Of a stretch of 64,000 nt of DNA, positions 53,503 to 62,910 are shown one piece after another (within the stretch, counting starts at the first letter, position 1; the number at the start of each line of letters is the position of its first letter). The notes beneath the pieces were generated by a model. That model saw only the letters and a program-made list of their open reading frames with translations. It did no database searches and was not told the origin of the DNA. Position numbers and translations under genes: made by a program. This DNA comes from Candidatus Doudnabacteria bacterium RIFCSPHIGHO2_01_FULL_46_14 (GTDB lineage Bacteria > Patescibacteriota > Doudnabacteria > UBA920 > 2-01-FULL-46-14): positions 78,504 through 142,503 of the forward strand of contig MFEK01000016.1 of assembly GCA_001779925.1 (NCBI GenBank). The letters run 5' to 3'.

Positions 53503-54687
53503 TTAAACAATCCTCAAAAACCTTTTACCGAGGCGGATCAAAGTGCCTTTTGTAAGTTTTACGCTCACATCTACGTCTTTGATTTTAGAGCCGTTCAGGG
53601 TAACGGCTCCTTCTTGTATCTTCCGGCGCGCTTCGGATTTGGAAGCCGCCAATTTACCCTCAACGAGAACGTCGAGAATAGCATAGCTTCCCGGGTTCTT
53701 TTTCAATTCAAAATCAGCTTTTATTTCTCCTTTGCTCTTTCCAAATTTGTTATCAAATTCGGGTTTTGCTTTTTCTGCATCTTTAACACTATGGTACAAT
53801 TTGACGATTTCGGTACCAAGCTTCTCTTTCCAGGCTTTAGGGTTGAAATTAACATTCTCAAGTTTCTTGAGAGGGTTCAATGGTTCTAATTCTATCTCAG
53901 ACACATCAGTCAACAGTAAAAAGTATTTCTGAATCAAACTGTCGGGAATTGACATTATTTTACTGTACATCTCCTGCGGAGATTCAGATAATCCAATGTA
54001 ATTGCCGTAAGATTTGCTCATTTTCTTTACTCCGTCCATCCCCTCAATCAAGGGCACCGTAACAACATCCTGTTCTTTCATACCATATCTGCGTTGCACT
54101 TTTCTGCCGGTCAATAAATTAAATTTCTGGTCAGTTCCCCCCACCTCCACGTCAGCCTTTACTGCCACGGAATCGTAACCTTGCAAAAGAGGATATAGAG
54201 CCTCTAGCATACTCACATCGCGACCATCTTTAATGCGCTTTTGAAAATCATCCCTCTCCATAATGCGCGCAATTGTAAATTTACTAGTGAGCTCAATCAA
54301 AAAGGCCATCCCCTTGGATTTAAACCACTCAGAATTATAACGGACCTCAGTTTTTTTTATATCAATTACTTTACCAGCTTCTTTTAAATAATTTTTCATG
54401 TTGGCCTTGGCTTCTTTCTCTGTCAAAACCGGCCGCTGCTCATTCCGCCCTGAGGGATCACCGATTGTCGCTGTAAAGTCACCAATAATTAAAACAATCT
54501 GATGTCCTGCATTTTGAAAATGTTTGAGTTTTCTTAAAACCACTGTATGGCCTAAATGCAAATCCTTTGCTGTCGGATCAATACCAAGCTTAACTCGCAA
54601 TTTTTTGCCAGACCTTAAAGCTTGCTCAAGATGGCTTTTCTCAATAACTTCATCAACTCCCCGGCTGAGAATCGTTGTAATGTCCAT
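53503..54687 (-). CDS. tyrS: Tyrosine--tRNA ligase
   Basis: HLGH-type motif (DLHLGHTV) and KMSKS motif. C-terminal S4-like domain. Confidence 0.9.
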   Translation of the reverse strand: MDITTILSRGVDEVIEKSHLEQALRSGKKLRVKLGIDPTAKDLHLGHTVVLRKLKHFQNAGHQIVLIIGDFTATIGDPSGRNEQRPVLTEKEAKANMKNYLKEAGKVIDIKKTEVRYNSEWFKSKGMAFLIELTSKFTIARIMERDDFQKRIKDGRDVSMLEALYPLLQGYDSVAVKADVEVGGTDQKFNLLTGRKVQRRYGMKEQDVVTVPLIEGMDGVKKMSKSYGNYIGLSESPQEMYSKIMSIPDSLIQKYFLLLTDVSEIELEPLNPLKKLENVNFNPKAWKEKLGTEIVKLYHSVKDAEKAKPEFDNKFGKSKGEIKADFELKKNPGSYAILDVLVEGKLAASKSEARRKIQEGAVTLNGSKIKDVDVSVKLTKGTLIRLGKRFLRIV

Positions 54688-54716
54688 AAACTCAATATTA
54701 TTGTATAATCAAGGAA

Positions 54717-57533
54717 ATGTCTAACCATTTCCGAGGTTGGAAAAAATCCTCTACAGCGCCATTCTTGCACGGTCCGGAGAGAAAAGTTTCTTCCTGGCTC
54801 CGCAAGATTTTTGCATTTGTCGGAAGCTCGCTGAAAAAATTCTGGAAGGTGAAAGGGATCTTCAAAAAACTCGTCATTGCCGGAATCTTTGCCGGCATAG
54901 TCGGGTTCATTTTTTTCGGCTTAGCATTTGCCTATTACGCTTTTAATTTGCCCGATCCGAACAACCTGATTGTCCGCGAAGTCCCGGAATCAACAAAAAT
55001 TTTAGACCGCAACGGGAAGCTCCTCTATGAACTCTACGACGAAGAAAAACGGACTCTGGTAAAATTGGAGGAGATCCCTCAATACGTCAAAGATGCCACC
55101 GTCGCCATTGAGGACAAAAATTTTTACAATCACAAAGGCATCAGCCTCACCGGGATTATCCGAGCCATACTCGTCAATATTCTGCGCGGCAGTAAGAGTC
55201 AGGGTGGATCCACCATCACCCAGCAATTTGTCCGCAATTCAGTTCTCACCCTCGAAAAAAGCTGGAGCCGCAAGATCAAAGAAATTGCCCTGTCTATTCA
55301 GATTGAACGGCGCTATTCCAAAAACGAAATCCTCCAGTTGTACCTTAACGAAATCCCTTACGGCTCAAACGCTTATGGTGTGGAAGCGGCCGCCCAAACT
55401 TTTTTTGGCAAAAGCGTAAAAGATATCAGCTTGATTGAAGCGGCCTATCTCGCTGCAATGCCGCAGGCCCCTTCCCGCTACTCCCCGTTTGGTCCGAATC
55501 GCGAGGCCTTGGACGGCCGGGCACGCACCGTGCTCGCAGCCATGGCTGACCAGGGGTACATCACAAAACAACAAAAAGACTCTGCCCTCAAAGAAAAAGT
55601 GGAATTTCACAGTCTGGGCAAGGGCATTCTGGCGCCGCACTTTGTCCTCTATGTTCAGGATTTGCTTGCTAAAACCTATGGCGACATCAGTCTACGGCGC
55701 GACGGACTGAAGGTTACCACAACTCTGGATCTCGATTTGCAAACCGCCGGGGAAAAAATAGTGGCCGAACAGGTTGCTGCCTCAGAAAAAAAATATAACG
55801 CCACCAATGCCGCGCTCGTAGCAATTGATCCGAAAAACGGACAGATTTTAGCGATGGTCGGCTCCAAAGATTATTTCAACAAAGAACATGACGGCGCTGT
55901 GAACGTAGCACTGCGCGCGCGGCAGCCTGGATCTTCATTCAAGCCATATGTATACGCCACGGCTTTCAAAAAAGGCATGAACCCTGCCACCATGCTCATG
56001 GATGTTACTACTAATTTCGGAGAGTTTGGCGGCAAGTCGTACACGCCTGGAAATTACGACGGGAAAAACTACGGCCCGGTTTCTGTACGCCGCGCCTTGC
56101 AAGGCTCCCTAAACATTCCTGCGGTGAAAACTTTGATTTTAACCGGCATTGAAGATTCCATTGAGACGGCAGAGAGTTTCGGTATTACCACTCTCAAAGA
56201 CCGCTCGCGTTTTGGCCCGGCTCTGGTACTGGGAGGCGCTGAGGTCAAGCTTTTGGAACACGCGGCCGCATATGGCGTGTTTGCGGCCGGCGGGATAAAA
56301 CATGACACCGCAGCCATCCTCAAAATCGAGGACAAATCAGGAAAAATTCTCGAGGAATACAAAGATTCGCGCGGGCAGGAAGCCCTTGATCCGCAAATCG
56401 CTTACCAGATCACAAACGTTCTTTCTGATAACCCTTCGCGTGTTTATATCTTTGGACAAAACAATCATCTGCAACTGCCAGGTCGGCCGGTAGCCGCCAA
56501 AACCGGAACGACCCAGGAATACCGCGATGCCTGGACCATGGGTTATACACCCTCTCTTGTCGCCGGTGTGTGGATGGGCAATAACGACAACACGCCAATG
56601 GCGGGAGGCGCTTCGGGTTCCCTTGTTGCAGCCGCAATCTGGCAAGAATTCATGAAAAAAGCCCTAGAAGGAAAACCGGTTGAAGATTTCGCGCGTCCCG
56701 AAGGGATAACAGAAATTGCTGTGGACAGCTTGTCCGGAAAATTGCCAACTGCATTTACCACGGAAACCAAAACCGAAATTTTTGCCAGCTTCAATATTCC
56801 ACAAGAATATGACGACGCACACATCTCCGCTACAGTGAATGGTTCGACTCAAATTTATACAGTACTACATTCGGAACGTCCTGAGGATCCGGCCTGGGAG
56901 GACCCAGTGATTCTCTGGGCACTGGCCAATGGCTACAACTATCCGCCCGACGGTAGTTTTGAAGAACGACCCCAGGCTAGCCAAATCGAAATTAACCTCA
57001 AAACAGCGGACAAGATCAGCGCCATGCCCTGGACAGTGTGGGCAGAGATTAAATCAGAGGAGGCGATCCGCGAGGTGCGATTTCTTTTGAATTCGCGCTT
57101 TTTAGGAATAGATAGCGAAGCGCCGTACGAATTGACGAGCGCGGAAAACCATGTGGACGGCACGCACCAATTAACTACTGAGGTTACCACTGCGGGCGGA
57201 CGAACTGCGCAAAAATCGAAAAACCTGGTTTTCTCAACGGGAAAAAATCTAATAATGATTGAGCCGCAGAACAATCAAGAATTAAAACTGCCGGCCAATC
57301 TGGCCGTAGAAACGAGCTTGAATGTTGATCCCTCGTCTGTTGAATTTGTACGGCGATCAGCAAACGGAAAAGAAATCAGAATTCCCGGCTCAGTTTCTAA
57401 TCGCAAAATCGCTGGTATTTTTCAATATACTCTAAACTGGGCCATGTCAGACAAGCCGAACCCGGGGAGTTATATAATCTACGCAAAAATAAGCGGCAAT
57501 AAAAGCAACGAGGTAACAGTCAAAATACAGTAG
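54717..57533 (+). CDS. Class A penicillin-binding protein (bifunctional transglycosylase/transpeptidase, PBP1A-like)
   Basis: GT51 motifs EDKNFYNHKGI and RGSKSQGGSTITQQ. Transpeptidase motifs SSFKP and KTGT. Confidence 0.9.
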   Translation: MSNHFRGWKKSSTAPFLHGPERKVSSWLRKIFAFVGSSLKKFWKVKGIFKKLVIAGIFAGIVGFIFFGLAFAYYAFNLPDPNNLIVREVPESTKILDRNGKLLYELYDEEKRTLVKLEEIPQYVKDATVAIEDKNFYNHKGISLTGIIRAILVNILRGSKSQGGSTITQQFVRNSVLTLEKSWSRKIKEIALSIQIERRYSKNEILQLYLNEIPYGSNAYGVEAAAQTFFGKSVKDISLIEAAYLAAMPQAPSRYSPFGPNREALDGRARTVLAAMADQGYITKQQKDSALKEKVEFHSLGKGILAPHFVLYVQDLLAKTYGDISLRRDGLKVTTTLDLDLQTAGEKIVAEQVAASEKKYNATNAALVAIDPKNGQILAMVGSKDYFNKEHDGAVNVALRARQPGSSFKPYVYATAFKKGMNPATMLMDVTTNFGEFGGKSYTPGNYDGKNYGPVSVRRALQGSLNIPAVKTLILTGIEDSIETAESFGITTLKDRSRFGPALVLGGAEVKLLEHAAAYGVFAAGGIKHDTAAILKIEDKSGKILEEYKDSRGQEALDPQIAYQITNVLSDNPSRVYIFGQNNHLQLPGRPVAAKTGTTQEYRDAWTMGYTPSLVAGVWMGNNDNTPMAGGASGSLVAAAIWQEFMKKALEGKPVEDFARPEGITEIAVDSLSGKLPTAFTTETKTEIFASFNIPQEYDDAHISATVNGSTQIYTVLHSERPEDPAWEDPVILWALANGYNYPPDGSFEERPQASQIEINLKTADKISAMPWTVWAEIKSEEAIREVRFLLNSRFLGIDSEAPYELTSAENHVDGTHQLTTEVTTAGGRTAQKSKNLVFSTGKNLIMIEPQNNQELKLPANLAVETSLNVDPSSVEFVRRSANGKEIRIPGSVSNRKIAGIFQYTLNWAMSDKPNPGSYIIYAKISGNKSNEVTVKIQ

Positions 57534-57562
57534 TTTTACGAATAACGAATAATTACGAATGT
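57534..57562. repeat. TACGAAT-element copy 5. The start codon of the next gene lies inside it.
   Basis: gttttacgaataacgaataattacgaATGtacgaattt. Confidence 0.6.
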
Positions 57563-58920
57563 ACGAATTTACCATAGCCATCAGTCTGTTATTATTCCTT
57601 CTTGCAAGCCTATACCGGCGGGAGTGGGGCGTATATTTGATTATTCTGCTTCTACCAACATATCAGATTCGCTTTCAAGTGCTCGGTATTCCCGCAACCT
57701 TTTTAGAAGGAATGATACTGCTGCTTGCCTGTCTGTCATTGCGGGCCATTTTAATAAATGACGAACCAATCTCTCTCAAAAACAGATTGCTTCATTTCAT
57801 TCATAATGACAAATTTACTTCTGTCTTTATTTTCCTTTTCCTCCTGGCCGCCGGCGTCTCTGTTTTTTTGGCTCCGGACATGACCCGCGCTGCCGGGATT
57901 TTCAAAGCCTTTTTTTTTGAAGCCATACTTTTTTATTTTCTGGTGCGGCTCATCATTGATTCGCGAGAAAAATTGGAAAAACTTTTCCAGAGCCTGGCTG
58001 TCCTGGTTTTGTACCTTTCGATTTTCGGGCTTTACCAGTTTTTGACTCTTTCTGGATTACCCCATTCCTGGTGGGGCGTAGAAATCGCGGAGCGCCGCAT
58101 TGTCTCCCTGGTCAATCATCCCAATGCGCTGGCCCTGCTCCTAGGACCTATCCTGGCCATGCTGGCATTCTTACCAAAAAATAAACTAAAATACGCAGCT
58201 ATACTTTTTGGGTTACCGGCCTTCTATCTCACATTGTCACGCGCCGGCTGGTTGGCGCTTGTGGCTGTGATTGTCGGCATTGGGTTGTTTACACAGTACA
58301 AGAAAAAAATTATCATACTGGCTTTGTGTGCAGTCATCGCCATCCTCGCGATCCCTTACTCTCGCACAAAACTTGCAAATCTTGCTTCTGGTCATGACCC
58401 AACCCAGGAAAACCGTTACTTACTGTGGAGCGCGGGCATAGACCTTATCAAAAAACATCCCCTGGCCGGGGTGGGGTTAATGGGTTTTCGCGAGCATTTC
58501 AAAAACTACCCTATCGGCCCGGATCGTGTCATACAAAACTATCCGCATAATTTCTTTTTGAATTTCTGGGTGGAAACCGGGCTCTTAGGGTTGGTAAGTA
58601 TGATCAGTCTGCTCATGCTTTTTTACAGAAAAATTTATCAACTTTACAAATCACCCCTCCCTAACCCTCCCCCTCAAGGGGAGGGAAATATAAAAGAGAA
58701 TTCCTCCCCCTTGCCGGGGTCCTCCAAAACTGTACTCGGTTTTGGGGTGGGCTTGAGGGGGGAGGACAAAGGTGGGGGTGGAAAAAATTATGCCCTCGCC
58801 GTCGTGGCTGCCATGGCCATGATCGTGGTTCACTCCCTCGTGGACGTATCCTATTTCAAAAACGACCTAGCAGTGCTGTTCTGGCTCATCTACGCCCTGC
58901 CGTTTATTGTTTCGGTTTGA
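57559..58920 (+). CDS. O-antigen ligase (Wzy_C) family membrane protein with a ~150 bp in-frame repeat insertion
   Basis: Wzy_C motif NYPHNFFLNFWVETGLLG. The segment 58651-58795 encodes SPLPNPPPQGEGNIKENSSPLPGSSKTVLGFGVGLRGEDKGGGGKNY. Confidence 0.6.
   Translation: MYEFTIAISLLLFLLASLYRREWGVYLIILLLPTYQIRFQVLGIPATFLEGMILLLACLSLRAILINDEPISLKNRLLHFIHNDKFTSVFIFLFLLAAGVSVFLAPDMTRAAGIFKAFFFEAILFYFLVRLIIDSREKLEKLFQSLAVLVLYLSIFGLYQFLTLSGLPHSWWGVEIAERRIVSLVNHPNALALLLGPILAMLAFLPKNKLKYAAILFGLPAFYLTLSRAGWLALVAVIVGIGLFTQYKKKIIILALCAVIAILAIPYSRTKLANLASGHDPTQENRYLLWSAGIDLIKKHPLAGVGLMGFREHFKNYPIGPDRVIQNYPHNFFLNFWVETGLLGLVSMISLLMLFYRKIYQLYKSPLPNPPPQGEGNIKENSSPLPGSSKTVLGFGVGLRGEDKGGGGKNYALAVVAAMAMIVVHSLVDVSYFKNDLAVLFWLIYALPFIVSV
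58651..58795. repeat. Family-A copy A3 plus family-B copy B2, which carries a nested 43 bp hairpin insertion, all inside a CDS
   Basis: tcacccctccctaaccctccccctcaaggggagggaaata ... gaattcctcccccttg[ccggggtcctccaaaactgtactcggttttggggtgggct]tgaggggggaggacaaaggtgggggtgg. Confidence 0.7.
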
Positions 58921-59356
58921 TTTGTACTCTTCGTTCTGGCTCTTCGCCAATAGATTCACTAACAACATCGGCTAGTATGCCAATTTCCGCGTGCACGACC
59001 CGTCTCTCGTAAGATGCCATTGGTTTGAGTAGCAAACTTTCTTTAGTTTCGCGCACGCGGTCTGCAGCTTGTCTTGCTAGCTCCCGGAGAAAATCTTCAC
59101 GCGATTTTTTATAGTTCTCCACGTCCACCACAAACTGCACGCTTTCACCGAGTCTTTTAAATGCTAAGAGGCGCGCCAGATACTGGAGTGAATTGAGGTT
59201 AGCACCATACTGGCCGATAAGCATAGCGCTGTCCTGCGTACGCAGATTAAAAATCACGGTTTCTTCTAGAAACCGCTGTTCAATCTCTGCGCTTATGTCC
59301 ATCTTTGACAAAATATCGAGCAGAACCTGTTTAATTACCTCGTATTTCTCATCCAC
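58904..59356 (-). CDS. jag: Jag/KhpB-like KH plus R3H domain RNA-binding protein
   Basis: R3H motif ...MASYERRVVHAEI. Position downstream of yidC. Confidence 0.75.
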   Translation of the reverse strand: MDEKYEVIKQVLLDILSKMDISAEIEQRFLEETVIFNLRTQDSAMLIGQYGANLNSLQYLARLLAFKRLGESVQFVVDVENYKKSREDFLRELARQAADRVRETKESLLLKPMASYERRVVHAEIGILADVVSESIGEEPERRVQIKPKQ

Positions 59357-59422
59357 GCCGTTAGAAATCCTGATACTTAATTCTTGCCATGTCCCCCGTT
59401 TGCTTCTTGGTTTCTACTAGGG

Positions 59423-60109
59423 TCAATGCTTTCTCATTATATACCACTGCTGGCCGATGGCAAAGACAGTGGTAATGATCCAATAAAGCGATAGTCCGGC
59501 CGGAAGCGACATGGCCACTACCGCGGTAATAATCGGCATTACATAAGTAAACTGCATGCTCATCATAGCTGCGGTTTTGTCCTGACTCCCTGTTTTTGGC
59601 GGGGTCATGAGTTTAGACTGCACAAACTGCGATGCGCCGGCAACAATTGCAAAAACTATATTTGGCTTGGCCAGCTCCAATACCCCAAAAAGCTTAGTAG
59701 TAATTGTTCCTGGATCGGCGATAAATGGATAGAGTTCGCCTGTAATCTCCCCGGAAAGACCTGTCCGAAACACACTGTAAAGCGCAATCAAAATCGGCAA
59801 CTGCACGAGAAGCGGCAAACAGGAAGAAAACGGATTCACCTTGTTTTCCTGATAAAATTTTAGGACTGCTTTAGTTTCCGCCTCTTTATCGCCCTTGTGT
59901 TTCTCTTTGAGCTCTTCGAGTTTCGGCTGAAGCTGTTGCAACTGCCTTTGCGATCGCAATGATTTTTGGAATGATGGATAAAGCAATATCCGGGTCAGCA
60001 AAGTTACGGAAATAATCGCCAGACCAATGTCATTCCCTGGCAAAACATTGTAAAACCAAATCAAAAGGTTTAAAAGCGGCTTAACTAGAATGATATGAAA
60101 AATATTCAC
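59423..60109 (-). CDS. yidC: Membrane protein insertase YidC, short 228 aa form
   Basis: YidC core with 5 TM helices. No large periplasmic domain. Confidence 0.85.
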   Translation of the reverse strand: MNIFHIILVKPLLNLLIWFYNVLPGNDIGLAIISVTLLTRILLYPSFQKSLRSQRQLQQLQPKLEELKEKHKGDKEAETKAVLKFYQENKVNPFSSCLPLLVQLPILIALYSVFRTGLSGEITGELYPFIADPGTITTKLFGVLELAKPNIVFAIVAGASQFVQSKLMTPPKTGSQDKTAAMMSMQFTYVMPIITAVVAMSLPAGLSLYWIITTVFAIGQQWYIMRKH

Positions 60110-60190
60110 CTCGTTAGAAATCCTTGTGGTTAATTATTGTCATAATTTTATGGTTTATCCTGATCGATTTTATTAGATTTCTAAAGATGT

Positions 60191-60433
60191 TCATGTCGTT
60201 CTATTAATCGGATCGTAAGCTGGGCGGCTAAACGGATTGCAGCGGATGATGCGCTTTATTATTTTTCCAATCCCCCATAACCCCTGATTTTCCAGTGTTT
60301 GCCTGGCATACTGCGAACAGCTTGGAGAAAATCGGCAAAATCCATAAGGATAGCGTGCTTTCCCTTGCACGCTATGGTCAGGAGAAAAAACAATCTGATA
60401 AATTTTTATAATCTGAATTAAAAACTTTGTCAT
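60191..60433 (-). CDS. yidD: Membrane protein insertion efficiency factor YidD
   Basis: CRFSPSCSQYA...RIIRCNPF...YDP. Confidence 0.85.
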   Translation of the reverse strand: MTKFLIQIIKIYQIVFSPDHSVQGKARYPYGFCRFSPSCSQYARQTLENQGLWGIGKIIKRIIRCNPFSRPAYDPINRTT

Positions 60434-60489
60434 TTGCCCGCCTAAAATTTTAAATTAATTGCATATTGCCGCATATCATTGACCTTGGC

Positions 60490-60843
60490 CTAAAATTTTG
60501 GCGGGTAAATGAGTTTTGCTTTGCTGAATAAATTCTCGATTTCCTGCCGTAGGAGCGCTGGTGGCGCGAGTTTGCTTGAGGCACGTGCTTGGATTATAAC
60601 ATCATATCCGGGTTTTATATTTTTTTTCTGTCCATGCACCGCTGCCCTGAGGATCCGCTTCACTCTGTTGCGCGCAGTGGCTTTGGATAATTCTTTTTTA
60701 GAAATAACAAAACCAAAACGCGTTACGTTTTGGTTTGCGCGAAGAACCGAAATGCGCAGATGGTTTCCTTGAATACGCTGGCCTTTTTTGTAAATACGCA
60801 AAAAGTCTTTTTCTTGCGTTAGTCTGAATACTCTGGAAAGCAT
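60490..60843 (-). CDS. rnpA: RNase P protein component
   Basis: Basic protein with FGFVISKK...RNRVKR. Lies between rpmH and yidD. Confidence 0.85.
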   Translation of the reverse strand: MLSRVFRLTQEKDFLRIYKKGQRIQGNHLRISVLRANQNVTRFGFVISKKELSKATARNRVKRILRAAVHGQKKNIKPGYDVIIQARASSKLAPPALLRQEIENLFSKAKLIYPPKF

Positions 60844-60978
60844 TCAGATTGTTAAGCGTTTGCGTTTTTTTTGGCGTCTCGCACTCAAAACAGCCCGTCC
60901 TGTTCGACTTTTCATGCGTTTTCGAAACCCATGCCTACGCTGGCGGTGTTTTTTCTTTGGCTGATATGTCCTTTTCAC
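60844..60978 (-). CDS. rpmH: 50S ribosomal protein L34, GTG start. Not in the ORF track because it is under 60 aa.
   Basis: Translation reads [44 protein letters not shown]. The stop abuts the rnpA ATG. Confidence 0.85.
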   Translation of the reverse strand: MKRTYQPKKKHRQRRHGFRKRMKSRTGRAVLSARRQKKRKRLTI

Positions 60979-61119
60979 CTATTAGAAACCTTATTTTTAA
61001 TAATTATTATCGGTACCACTATCCAGCCTGTCGAATCTACAAATTTCTAACAGGGTAAATAATATAAATTATTATATATGAGTTGCGCGCTTTTAGAAAG
61101 AGCATAATGACCATTCCCA

Positions 61120-61276
61120 AGTTTTCCACATGTTATCCTCATGTGTCAAAATTTTTCTCTTATTTAAGCCAAATATCAGAATTTTACATGTTGATAACCT
61201 ATCTGGTAGAATGGCTTATAAATCTCCCTTGAAAATACTCAATAAACTCCATTTGAAATTTTTTTCTTGTGGATCA
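61120..61276. promoter_or_regulatory. Candidate oriC segment with four near-consensus DnaA boxes
   Basis: TTTTCCACA (61122), TTATCCTCA (61133), TGTTGATAA (61189), TGTGGATCA (61267). Each is one mismatch from TTATCCACA or its reverse complement. Confidence 0.5.
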
Positions 61277-62690
61277 ACAGGGTAAAATCGTCAATTGCAC
61301 TATTAATTTAAGGATTTCTAACAGGGTGAACTCTCCGAAACAAATTTGGCAGGCGGTCTTGGGCAATCTCGAACTTTCTTTGTCCAAGGCCAATTTTACA
61401 ACATGGTTTAAAAATACCGCTGTACTTGAACAAACTGGAGATAAAATCATTGTCGGCGTACCCAATACCTTCACCAAAGAATGGCTACACAATAAATATC
61501 ACCACGACATTCTTAAAGCCGTGCGAACCATCAATCCGGAAATAAAAACCATCGAATACCAAATCACCAGCAGTTTTGCACCGAAAATTTTCCCAAAGAC
61601 AGCACCGGAAGAATCTCGTACCTCTGCACCAAATCCGACCCCCTACCAAAAATCCTATGTCATCAACTCTGGCCTCAATCCGAAATATGGATTTGAGAGC
61701 TTTATTGTTGGTTCTAATAATGAGCTTGCCGCAGCCGCTGCCCAAGCGATTACCAAAAATCCAGGAAAGGCCTACAACCCCCTGTTTATCTACGGCGGGG
61801 TGGGTCTTGGAAAAACTCACTTAATGCAAGCAATCGGCAATGCCCTGCTCAAGAATGGAGAAGCCAAGCGGGTGCTGTATGTGACCACGGAAAAATTCAC
61901 GAATGAATTTATCCAGGCTGTCCGAGACAATAAAAGTGAGAATTTCAAAAATCTATACCGTAGTATGGACGTGCTTTTGATCGATGATATCCAATTTTTG
62001 GCAGGTAAAGAACAAACTCAGGAAGAATTTTTCCACACCTTTAATGCCCTGCACCAAAGCAACAAACAAATAGTGCTTTCTTCTGATCGGCTGCCTAAAG
62101 AAATTCCAGCGATTGAAGAACGACTTGTTTCCCGTTTTGAATGGGGTATGATTGCCGATGTCCAGCCGCCTGATTTTGAAACCAGGTTTGCTATTCTCAA
62201 ATCTAAAGCGCAGGAACGAGGCTATGTTGTTGATCCGAATGTTCTCGAATACATTGCGCAGACTATTGAAACAAATATCCGCGAGCTTGAAGGGTCGCTG
62301 AACCGACTCATGGTATTTTGCCAGCTCAATAACACTCAACCAACCCTGGAACGGGTCAAAGATGTTTTGGCTAATATTATTTTTTCCCCAAAAAAGCGCT
62401 TAGTTTCCCCAAAAAACATCATGGCGGTTGTGGCGGATTTTTATAATGTTTCAATTGATGACCTGATTAAACAGTCGCGCAAAAAAGAATATGTTACCCC
62501 GAGGCAAATCTCCATGTATATCATTCGAAAAGAGTTGGAAACGAGTTTACCGATGATTGGGGAAATTTTTGGCGGTAGAGATCACACCACAGTCATTCAC
62601 GCTATTGATAAAATCCAAAAACTTGCCAAAGAAAAGGAAAGCCTTAGGCAGGAACTCAGTTTGATAACTAATAAAATTTATATGGAATAA
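61269..62690 (+). CDS. dnaA: Chromosomal replication initiator DnaA
   Basis: AAA+ Walker A GGVGLGKTHL and a C-terminal DnaA box-binding HTH. The GTG start is uncertain; GTG 61326 is an alternative. Confidence 0.9.
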   Translation: MDQQGKIVNCTINLRISNRVNSPKQIWQAVLGNLELSLSKANFTTWFKNTAVLEQTGDKIIVGVPNTFTKEWLHNKYHHDILKAVRTINPEIKTIEYQITSSFAPKIFPKTAPEESRTSAPNPTPYQKSYVINSGLNPKYGFESFIVGSNNELAAAAAQAITKNPGKAYNPLFIYGGVGLGKTHLMQAIGNALLKNGEAKRVLYVTTEKFTNEFIQAVRDNKSENFKNLYRSMDVLLIDDIQFLAGKEQTQEEFFHTFNALHQSNKQIVLSSDRLPKEIPAIEERLVSRFEWGMIADVQPPDFETRFAILKSKAQERGYVVDPNVLEYIAQTIETNIRELEGSLNRLMVFCQLNNTQPTLERVKDVLANIIFSPKKRLVSPKNIMAVVADFYNVSIDDLIKQSRKKEYVTPRQISMYIIRKELETSLPMIGEIFGGRDHTTVIHAIDKIQKLAKEKESLRQELSLITNKIYME

Positions 62691-62699
62691 CTGAGGGTA

Positions 62700-62905
62700 G
62701 TGTGTGGACAACCACAGGACAAGTTTTGGATAGAATTTTTAAATAAAATCTAAAACAAATTTTATCAACAATCATTCAACACACAACCTACAGCTTATCA
62801 AAACCTTTTCCTCTAAAACTTCCTACAAACAAACAATAATAACCAACAGTTAACATTTACACAGCCTCTATTACTACTACTGTATTTAATAAATCTAACA
62901 AATTA
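62700..62905. promoter_or_regulatory. AT-rich dnaA-dnaN spacer with additional DnaA-box-like sites
   Basis: TGTGGACAA (62711) and TTATCAACA (62771). Strongly AT-rich. Confidence 0.4.
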
Positions 62906-62910
62906 CTCTT

